Assembly (NCBI GenBank): GCA_043228905.1 | Contig: JBHGNT010000101.1 | Coordinates: forward strand, 1 to 64,000 | Reading direction: 5' to 3' | Length of the DNA stretch: 64,000 bases | Source of the DNA: Azolla caroliniana | Lineage: Eukaryota > Plantae > Polypodiophyta | Part shown: piece by piece, positions 53,501-64,000 of the stretch | How positions within the stretch are numbered: the stretch's first letter is position 1 | How the letters are laid out: every line of letters starts with the position of its first letter | The notes under the pieces: model-generated | Database searches by the model: none | The model's input: the letters and a program-made list of their open reading frames with translations, nothing else | What the model was told of the DNA's origin: nothing | Translations under genes and position numbers: made by a program

Positions 53501-56166
53501 TAAAATGTTCATACCTGGCTCGTGTGATATCGGATTTTTGTGTTCAAACATGCGAATCGAAGCTAACAACGCTAGCTATGATATGGAATTAAAAAATCAA
53601 GATTTTGAAACTCAGGTCGAGAGACATGATGAGATTACCAAATTTGAGGAGTGAGTTTAGAGAAGCCCTTGAGTAAATTAAAATGTTTATACCTGGCTCG
53701 TGTGATATCGGATTTTTGTGTTCAAACATGCGAATCGAACCTAACAACGCTAGCTATGATATCGAATTAGAAAATCAAGATTTTGAAACTCAGGTCGAGA
53801 GACATGACGAAAATACCAAATTTGAGGAGTGAGTTAAGAAGAGCTATGAGTTAAATTAAAATGTTCATACCTGGCTCGTGTGATATCGGATTTTTGTGTT
53901 CAAACATGAGAATCGAAGCTAACAACGCTAGCTATGATATAGAATTAGAAAATCAAGATTTTGAAACTCACGTCGAGAGACATGACGAAAATACCAAATT
54001 TGAGGAGTGAGTTAAGAAGAGCTATGAGTTAAATTAAAATGTTCATACCTGGCTCGTGTGATATCGGATTTTTGTGTTCAAACATGCGAATCGAACCTAA
54101 CAATGCTAGCTATGATATGGAGTTAAAAAATCAAGATTTTGAAACTCAGGTCGCGAGACATGACGAAATTACCAAATTTGAGGAGTGAGTTAAGAAGAGC
54201 TATGAGTTAAATTAAAATGGTCATACCTGGCTCGTGTGATATCGGATTTTTGTGTTCAAACATGTGAGTCGAAGCTAACATTGCTAGCTATGATATGGAG
54301 TTAAAAAATCAAGATTTTGAAACTCAGGTCGAGAGCCACGACGAAATTACCAAATTTGAGGAGTGAGTTAAGAAGAGCTATGAGTTAAATTAAAATGTTC
54401 ATACCTGGCTCGTGTGATATCGGATTTTTGTGTTCAAGCATGCAAATCGAAGCTAACTACGCTAGCTATGATATGGAATTAAAAAATCAAGATTTTGAAA
54501 CTCCGGTCGAGAGACATGATGAGATTACCAAATTTGAGGACTGAGTTGAGAGAAGCCCTTGAGTAAATTAAAATGTTCATACCTGGCTCGTGTGATATCA
54601 GATTTTTGTGTTCAAACATGGGAATCGAAGCTAACAACGCTAGCTATGATATGGAATTAAAAAATCAAGATTTTGAAACTCAGGTCGAGAGACATGATGA
54701 GATTACCAAATTTGAGGACTGAGTTGAGAGAAGCCCTTGAGTAAATTAAAATGTTCATACCTGGCTCGTGTGATATCGGATTTTTGTGTTCAAACATGCG
54801 AATCGAAGCTAACAACGCTAGCTATGATATGGAATTAAAAAATCAAGATTTTGAAACTCAGGTCGGAAGACATGACGAGATTACCAAATTTGAGGAGTGA
54901 GTTAAGAAGAGCTATGAGTTAAATTAAAATGTTCATACCTGGCTCGTGTGATATCGGATTTTTGTGTTCAAACATGCGAATCGAAGCTAACAACGCTAGC
55001 TATGATATGGAATTGAAAAATCAAGATTTTCAAACTCAGGTCGAGAGACATGATGAGATTACCAAATTTGAGGAGTGAGTTGAGAGAAGCCCTTGAGTAA
55101 ATTAAAATGTTCATACCTGGCTCGTGTGATATCAGAATTTTGTGTTCAAACATGCGAATCGAAGCTAACAACGCTAGCTATGATATGGAATTAAAAAATC
55201 AAGATTTTGAAACTCAGGTCGCGAGACATGACGAAATTACCAAATTTGAGGAGTGAGTTGAGAGAAGCCCTTGAGTAAATTAAAATGTGAATACCTGGCT
55301 CGTGTGATATCGGATTTTTGTGTTCAAACATGTGAATCGAAGCTAACAACGCTAGCTATGATATGGAATTAAAAAATCAAGATTTTGAAACTCAGGTCGA
55401 GAGACATGGTGAGATTACCAAATTTGAGGAGTGAGTTAAGAGAAGCCCTTCAGTAAATTAAAATGTTCATACCTGGCTCGTGTGATATCGGATTTTTGTG
55501 TTCAAACATGCGAATCGAAGCTAACAACGCTAGCTATGATATGGAATTAGGAAATCAAGATTTTGAAACTCAGGTCGAGAGACATGATGAGATTACCAAA
55601 TTTGAGGACTGAGTTGAGAGAAGCCCTTGAGTAAATTAAAATGTTCATACCTGGCTCGTGTGATATCAGAATTTTGTGTTCAAACATGTGAGTCGAAGCT
55701 AACATTGCTAGCTATGATATGGAGTTAAAAAATCAAGATTTTGAAACTCAGGTCGAGAGCCACGACGAAATTACCAAATTTGAGGAGTGAGTTAAGAAGA
55801 GCTATGAGTTAAATTAAAATGTTCATACCTGGCTCGTGTGATATCGGATTTTTGTGTTCAAGCATGCAAATCGAAGCTAACTACGCTAGCTATGATATGG
55901 AATTAAAAAATCAAGATTTTGAAATTCCGGTCGAGAGACATGATGAGATTACCAAATTTGAGGACTGAGTTGAGAGAAGCCCTTGAGTAAATTAAAATGT
56001 TCATACCTGGCTCGTGTGATATCAGATTTTTGTGTTCAAACATGGGAATCGAAGCTAACAACGCTAGCTATGATATGGAATTAAAAAATCAAGATTTTGA
56101 AACTCAGGTCGAGAGACATGATGAGATTACCAAATTTGAGGAGTGAGTTGAGAGAAGCCCTTGAGT

Positions 56167-56522
56167 AAATTAAAATGTTCATACCTGGCTCGTGTGATAT
56201 CGGATTTTTGTTTTCAAACATGAGAATCGAAGCTAACAACGCTAGCTATGATATGGAATTAGAAAATCAAGATTTTGAAACTCAAGTCGAGAGACATGAC
56301 GAAAATACCAAATTTGAGAAGTGAGTTAAGAAGAGCTATGAGTTAAATTAAAATGTTCATACCTGGCTCGTGTGATATCGGATTTTTGTTTTCAAACATG
56401 AGAATCGAAGCTAACAACGCTAGCTATGATATGGAATTAGAAAATCAAGATTTTGAAACTCAAGTCGAGAGACATGACGAAAATACCAAATTTGAGAAGT
56501 GAGTTAAGAAGAGCTATGAGTT
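56167..56522 (+). repeat. Single-monomer tandem duplication
   Basis: Two adjacent monomers share three rare variants (tttgttttcaaac, actcaagtcga, tttgagaagtg). Confidence 0.88.
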
Positions 56523-59500
56523 AAATTAAAATGTTCATACCTGGCTCGTGTGATATCGGATTTTTGTGTTCAAACATGCGAATCGAACCTAACAACGCTA
56601 GCTATGATATGGAATTAAAAAATCAAGATTTTGAAACTCAGGTCGAGAGACATGATGAGATTACCAAATTTGAGGACTGAGTTGAGAGAAGCCCTTGAGT
56701 AAATTAAAATGTTCATACCTGGCTCGCGTGATATCGGATTTTTGTGTTCAAACATGAGAATCGAAGCTAACAACGCTAGCTATGATATGGAATTAGAAAA
56801 TCAAGATTTTGAAACTCAGGTCGAGAGACATGACGAAAATACCAAATTTGAGGAGTGAGTTAAGAAGAGCTATGAGTTAAATTAAAATGTTCATACCTGG
56901 CTCGTGTGATATCGGATTTTTGTGTTCAAACATGCGAATCGAAGCTAACAATGCTAGCTATGATATGGAGTTAAAAAAACAAGATTTTGAAATTCCGGTC
57001 GAGAGACATGATGAGATTACCAAATTTGAGGACTGAGTTGAGAGAAGCCCTTGAGTAAATTAAAATGTTCATACCTGGCTCGTGTGATATCGGATTTTTG
57101 TGTTCAAACATGCGAATCGGAGCTAACAACGCTAGCTATGATATGGAATTAAGAAATCAAGATTTTGAAACTCAGGTCGAGAGACATGATGAGATTACCA
57201 AATTTGAGGAGTGAGTTAGGAAGAGCTATGAGTTAAATTAAAATGTTCATACCTGGCTCGTGTGATATCGGATTTTTGTGTTCAAACATGAGAATCGAAG
57301 CTAACAATGCTAGCTATGATATGGAGTTAAAAAATCAAGATTTTGAAACTCAGGTCGGAAGACATGACGAGATTACCAAATTTGAGGAGTGAGTTAGGAA
57401 GAGCTATGAGTTAAATTAAAATGTTCATACCTGGCTCGTGTGATATCGGATTTTTGTGTTCAAACATGCGAATCGAAGCTAACAACGCTAGCTATGATAT
57501 GGAATTAAAAAATCAAGATTTTCAAACTCAGGTCGAGAGACATGATGAGATTACCAAATTTGAGGACTGAGTTGAGAGAAGCCCTTGAGTAAATTAAAAT
57601 GTTCATACCTGGCTCGTGTGATATCGGATTTTTGTGTTCAAACATGCGAATCGAAGCTAACAACGCTAGCTATGATATGGAATTAAAAAATCAAGATTTT
57701 GAAACTCAGGTCGAGAGACATGATGAGATTACCAAATTTGAGGAGTGAGTTGAGAGAAGCCCTTGAGTAAATTAAAATGTTTATACCTGGCTCGTGTGAT
57801 ATCGGATTTTTGTGTTCAAACATGCGAATCGAACCTAACAACGCTAGCTATGATATCGAATTAGAAAATCAAGATTTTGAAACTCAGGTCGAGAGACATG
57901 ACGAAAATACCAAATTTGAGGAGTGAGTTAAGAAGAGCTATGAGTTAAATTAAAATGTTCATACCTGGCTCGTGTGATATCGGATTTTTGTGTTCAAACA
58001 TGCGAATCGAAGCTAACAATGCTAGCTATGATATGGAGTTAAAAAATCAAGATTTTGAAACTCAGGTCGGAAGACATGACGAGATTACCAAATTTGAGGA
58101 GTGAGTTAAGAAGAGCTATGAGTTAAATTAAAATGTTCATACCTGGCTCGTGTGATATCGGATTTTTGTGTTCAAACATGCGAATCGAAGCTAACAATGC
58201 TAGCTATGATATGGAATTAAAAAATCAAGATTTTAAAACTCAGGTCGAGAGACATGATGAGATTACCAAATTTGAGGAGTGAGTTGAGAGAAGCCCTTGA
58301 GTAAATTAAAATGTTCATACCTGGCTCGTGTGATATCGGATTTTTGTGTTCAAACATGCGAATCGAAGCTAACAACGCTAGCTATGATATGGAATTAAGA
58401 AATCAAGATTTTGAAACTATGGTCGAGAGACATGATGAGATTACCAAATTTGAGGAGTGAGTTGAGAGAAGCCCTTGAGTAAATTAAAATGTTCATACCT
58501 GGCTCGTGTGATATCGGATTTTTCTGTTCAAACATGCGAATCGAAGCTAACAACGCTAGCTATGATATGGAATTAAAAAATCAAGATTTCCAAACTCAGG
58601 TCGAGAGACATGATGAGATTACCAAATTTGAGGAGTGAGTTGAGAGAAGCCCTTGAGTAAATTAAAATGTTCATACCTGGCTCGTGTGATATCGGATTTT
58701 TTTGTTCAAACATGCGAATCGAAGCTAACAACGCTAGCTATGATATGGAATTAAAAAATCAAGATTTTCAAACTCAGGTCGAGAGACATGATGAGATTAC
58801 CAAATTTGAGGACTGAGTTGAGAGAAGCCCTTGAGTAAATTAAAATGTTCATACCTGGCTCGTGTGATATCAGAATTTTGTGTTCAAACATGCGAAACGA
58901 AGCTAACAACGCTAGCTATGATATGGAATTAAAAAATCAAGATTTTGAAACTCAGGTCGCGAGATATGACGAAATTACCAAATTTGAGGAGTGAGTTGAG
59001 AGAAGCCCTTGAGTAAATTAAAATGTGAATACCTGGCTCGTGTGATATCGGATTTTTGTGTTCAAACATGCGAATCGAAGCTAACAACGCTAGCTATGAT
59101 ATGGAATTAAAAAATCAAGATTTTGAAACTCAGGTCGAGAGACATGATGAGATTACCAAATTTGAGGAGTGAGTTGAGAGAAGCCCTTGAGTAAATTAAA
59201 ATGTTCATACCTGGCTCGTGTGATATCGGATTTTTGTGTTCAAACATGAGAATCGAAGCTAACAACGCTAGCTATGATATGGAATTAGAAAATCAAGATT
59301 TTGAAACTCAGGTCGAGAGACATGACGAAAATACCAAATTTGAGAAGTGAGTTAAGAAGAGCTATGAGTTAAATTAAAATGTTCATACCTGGCTCGTGTG
59401 ATATCGGATTTTTGTGTTCAAACATGCGAATCGAACCTAACAACGCTAGCTATGATATGGAATTAAAAAATCAAGATTTTGAAACTCAGGTCGAGAGACA

Positions 59501-62500
59501 TGATGAGATTACCAAATTTGAGGACTGAGTTGAGAGAAGCCCTTGAGTAAATTAAAATGTTCATACCTGGCTCGTGTGATATCGGATTTTTGTGTTCAAA
59601 CATGAGAATCGAAGCTAACAACGCTAGCTATGATATGGAATTAGAAAATCAAGATTTTGAAACTCAGGTCGAGAGACATGACGAAAATACCAAATTTGAG
59701 GAGTGAGTTAAGAAGAGCTATGAGTTAAATTAAAATGTTCATACCTGGCTCGTGTGATATCGGATTTTTGTGTTCAAACATGCGAATCGAAGCTAACAAT
59801 GCTAGCTATGATATGGAGTTAAAAAATCAAGATTTTGAAACTCAGGTCGGAAGACATGACGAGATTACCAAATTTGAGGAGTGAGTTAAGAAGAGCTATG
59901 AGTTAAATTAAAATGTTCATACCTGGCTCGTGTGATATCGGATTTTTGTGTTCAAACATGCGAATCGAAGCTAACAATGCTAGCTATGATATGGAATTAA
60001 AAAATCAAGATTTTAAAACTCAGGTCGAGAGACATGATGAGATTACCAAATTTGAGGAGTGAGTTGAGAGAAGCCCTTGAGTAAATTAAAATGTTCATAC
60101 CTGGCTCGTGTGATATCGGATTTTTGTGTTCAAACATGCGAATCGAAGCTAACAACGCTAGCTATGATATGGAATTAAGAAATCAAGATTTTGAAACTCA
60201 GGTCGAGAGACATGATGAGATTACCAAATTTGAGGAGTGAGTTAGGAAGAGCTATGAGTTAAATTAAAATGTTCATACCTGGCTCGTGTGATATCGGATT
60301 TTTGTGTTCAAACATGAGAATCGAAGCTAACAATGCTAGCTATGATATGGAGTTAAAAAATCAAGATTTTGAAACTCAGGTCGGAAGACATGACGAGATT
60401 ACCAAATTTGAGGAGTGAGTTAGGAAGAGCTATGAGTTAAATTAAAATGTTCATACCTGGCTCGTGTGATATCGGATTTTTGTGTTCAAACATGCGAATC
60501 GAAGCTAACAACGCTAGCTATGATATGGAATTAAAAAATCAAGATTTTCAAACTCAGGTCGAGAGACATGATGAGATTACCAAATTTGAGGAGTGAGTTG
60601 AGAGAAGCCCTTGAGTAAATTAAAATGTTCATACCTGGCTCGTGTGATATCGGATTTTTGTGTTCAAACATGCGAATCGAAGCTAACAACGCTAGCTATG
60701 ATATGGAATTAAAAAATCAAGATTTTGAAACTCAGGTCGAGAGACATGATGAGATTACCAAATTTGAGGAGTGAGTTGAGAGAAGCCCTTGAGTAAATTA
60801 AAATGTTTATACCTGGCTCGTGTGATATCGGATTTTTGTGTTCAAACATGCGAATCGAACCTAACAACGCTAGCTATGATATCGAATTAGAAAATCAAGA
60901 TTTTGAAACTCAGGTCGAGAGACATGACGAAAATACCAAATTTGAGGAGTGAGTTAAGAAGAGCTATGAGTTAAATTAAAATGTTCATACCTGGCTCGTG
61001 TGATATCGGATTTTTGTGTTCAAACATGCGAATCGAAGCTAACAATGCTAGCTATGATATGGAGTTAAAAAATCAAGATTTTGAAACTCAGGTCGGAAGA
61101 CATGACGAGATTACCAAATTTGAGGAGTGAGTTAAGAAGAGCTATGAGTTAAATTAAAATGTTCATACCTGGCTCGTGTGATATCGGATTTTTGTGTTCA
61201 AACATGCGAATCGAAGCTAACAATGCTAGCTATGATATGGAATTAAAAAATCAAGATTTTGAAACTCAGGTCGAGAGACATGATGAGATTACCAAATTTG
61301 AGGAGTGAGTTGAGAGAAGCCCTTCAGTAAATTAAAATGTTCATACCTGGCTCGTGTGATATCGGATTTTTGTGTTCAAACATGCGAATCGAAGCTAACA
61401 ACGCTAGCTATGATATGGAATTAAGAAATCAAGATTTTGAAACTATGGTCGAGAGACATGATGAGATTACCTAATTTGAGGAGTGAGTTGAGAGAAGCCC
61501 TTGAGTAAATTAAAATGTTCATACCTGGCTCGTGTGATATCGGATTTTTGTGTTCAAACATGCGAATCGAAGCTAACAACGCTAGCTATGATATGGAATT
61601 AAAAAATCAAGATTTCCAAACTCAGGTCGAGAGACATGATGAGATTACCAAATTTGAGGAGTGAGTTGAGAGAAGCCCTTGAGTAAATTAAAATGTTCAT
61701 ACCTGGCTCGTGTGATATCGGATTTTTGTGTTCAAACATGCGAATCGAAGCTAACAACGCTAGCTATGATATGGAATTAAAAAATCAAGATTTTCAAACT
61801 CAGGTCGAGAGACATGATGAGATTACCAAATTTGAGGACTGAGTTGAGAGAAGCCCTTGAGTAAATTAAAATGTTCATACCTGGCTCGTGTGATATCAGA
61901 ATTTTGTGTTCAAACATGCGAATCGAAGCTAACAACGCTAGCTATGATATGGAATTAAAAAATCAAGATTTTGAAACTCAGGTCGCGAGACATGACGAAA
62001 TTACCAAATTTGAGGAGTGAGTTGAGAGAAGCCCTTGAGTAAATTAAAATGTTCATACCTGGCTCGTGTGATATCGGATTTTTGTGTTCAAACATGTGAA
62101 TCGAAGCTAACAACGCTAGCTATGATATGGAATTAAAAAATCAAGATTTTGAAACTCAGGTCGAGAGACATGATGAGATTACCAAATTTGAGGAGTGAGT
62201 TAAGAGAAGCCCTTCAGTAAATTAAAATGTTCATTCCTGGCTCGTGTGATATCGGATTTTTGTGTTCAAACATGCGAATCGAAGCTAACAACGCTAGCTA
62301 TGATATGGAATTAGAAAATCAAGATTTTGAAACTCAGGTCGAGAGATATGATGAGATTACCAAATTTGAGGAGTGAGTTAGGAAGAGCTATGAGTTAAAT
62401 TAAAATGTTCATACCTGGCTCGTGTGATATCAGAATTTTGTGTTCAAACATGTGAGTCGAAGCTAACATTGCTAGCTATGATATGGAGTTAAAAAATCAA

Positions 62501-64000
62501 GATTTTGAAACTCAGGTCGAGAGCCACGACGAAATTACCAAATTTGAGGAGTGAGTTAAGAAGAGCTATGAGTTAAATTAAAATGTTCATACCTGGCTCG
62601 TGTGATATCGGATTTTTGTGTTCAAGCATGCAAATCGAAGCTAACTACGCTAGCTATGATATGGAATTAGAAAATCAAGATTTTGAAACTCCGGTCGAGA
62701 GACATGATGAGATTACCAAATTTGAGGACTGAGTTGAGAGAAGCCCTTGAGTAAATTAAAATGTTCATACCTGGCTCGTGTGATATCAGATTTTTGTGTT
62801 CAAACATGGGAATCGAAGCTAACAACGCTAGCTATGATATGGAATTAAAAAATCAAGATTTTAAAACTCAGGTCGAGAGACATGATGAGATTACCAAATT
62901 TGAGGAGTGAGTTGAGAGAAGCCCTTGAGTAAATTAAAATGTTCATACCTGGCTCGTGTGATATCGGATTTTTGTGTTCAAACATGCGAATCGAAGCTAA
63001 CAACGCTAGCTATGATATGGAATTAAGAAATCAAGATTTTGAAACTCAGGTCGAGAGACATGATGAGATTACCAAATTTGAGGAGTGAGTTAGGAAGAGC
63101 TATGAGTTAAATTAAAATGTTCATACCTGGCTCGTGTGATATCGGATTTTTGTGTTCAAACATGAGAATCGAAGCTAACAATGCTAGCTATGATATGGAG
63201 TTAAAAAATCAAGATTTTGAAACTCAGGTCGGAAGACATGACGAGATTACCAAATTTGAGGAGTGAGTTAGGAAGAGCTATGAGTTAAATTAAAATGTTC
63301 ATACCTGGCTCGTGTGATATCGGATTTTTGTGTTCAAACATGCGAATCGAAGCTAACAACGCTAGCTATGATATGGAATTAAAAAATCAAGATTTTCAAA
63401 CTCAGGTCGAGAGACATGATGAGATTACCAAATTTGAGGAGTGAGTTGAGAGAAGCCCTTGAGTAAATTAAAATGTTCATACCTGGCTCGTGTGATATCG
63501 GATTTTTGTGTTCAAACATGCGAATCGAAGCTAACAACGCTAGCTATGATATGGAATTAAAAAATCAAGATTTTGAAACTCAGGTCGAGAGACATGATGA
63601 GATTACCAAATTTGAGGAGTGAGTTGAGAGAAGCCCTTGAGTAAATTAAAATGTTTATACCTGGTTCGTGTGATATCGGATTTTTGTGTTCAAACATGCG
63701 AATCGAACCTAACAACGCTAGCTATGATATGGAATTAGAAAATCAAGATTTTGAAACTCAGGTCGAGAGACATGACGAAAATACCAAATTTGAGGAGTGA
63801 GTTAAGAAGAGCTATGAGTTAAATTAAAATGTTCATACCTGGCTCGTGTGATATCGGATTTTTGTGTTCAAACATGCGAATCGAAGCTAACAATGCTAGC
63901 TATGATATGGAGTTAAAAAATCAAGATTTTGAAACTCAGGTCGGAAGACATGACGAGATTACCAAATTTGAGGAGTGAGTTAAGAAGAGCTATGAGTTAA

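Larger units (their letters stand above)
1..64000 (+). repeat. 178-bp tandem satellite DNA array (~360 head-to-tail monomers), probable centromeric/heterochromatic satellite; runs off both window ends
   Basis: The motif aaattaaaatgttcatacctggctcgtgtgatat recurs every 178 bp throughout (e.g. spurious ORF pairs 24318/24496, 26275/26453, 34264/34442 and 38539/38717 are 178 apart). No unique sequence or inverted monomer was seen. The centromeric role is inferred only from monomer size and architecture. Confidence 0.99.
40147..64000 (+). repeat. Homogeneous satellite layer C
   Basis: Private variants: aaacatgagaatc, aaatgtgaatacc, ggtcgcgagac, gagccacgacg, caagcatgc, ctccggtcg, catgggaatc and aaatgtttatacc (the last also seen once at ~364). 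Layer-B markers are absent. Confidence 0.88.

Noticed and set aside
1382-55171. All 60-96 aa ORFs in the supplied track (e.g. MSKLKCSYLARV..., MLASCLMFEHK...)
   Set aside because: They are translations of satellite monomers where a SNP removes a stop codon. They recur with the repeat period, and I recognise no domain or gene context. They are useful only as duplication markers.
1-64000. Embedded transposon/LTR insertion, strand inversion or telomeric repeat
   Set aside because: None was seen; every stretch read aligns to the monomer in the same orientation. A very short insertion could have been missed by eye.
16135-64000. aggag Shine-Dalgarno-like motif upstream of ttg/atg in each monomer
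   Set aside because: It is part of the purine-rich satellite tail, downstream frames close quickly, and the context is not prokaryotic coding DNA.

Overview
The whole 64 kb window is one uninterrupted, single-orientation tandem array of a 178-bp satellite (about 360 monomers; consensus about 37% GC by hand count). Consensus: aaattaaaatgttcatacctggctcgtgtgatatcggatttttgtgttcaaacatgcgaatcgaagctaacaacgctagctatgatatggaattaaaaaatcaagattttgaaactcaggtcgagagacatgatgagattaccaaatttgaggagtgagttgagagaagcccttgagt. I see no genes, transposons, CRISPR arrays or inversions, and all listed ORFs are by-products of the repeat. The nucleosome-sized monomer and the architecture resemble eukaryotic (plant-like) centromeric or heterochromatic satellite, but I cannot assign the family or species. 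The array is layered. A divergent, indel-rich zone (1 to ~16.1 kb) is organised in nested higher-order repeats (7-mer inside 18-mer, then a 14-mer x3). Two highly homogeneous zones follow (~16.1-40.1 kb and ~40.1-64 kb), each with its own private SNP set and local block duplications of varied size. The most informative signals are deletion junctions with locally templated filler DNA, a hidden 2 x ~89 bp substructure of the monomer, nested duplications that can be ordered in time, and strict 178-bp phase conservation in the core. All offsets were derived by hand from marker variants, and block edges are approximate.
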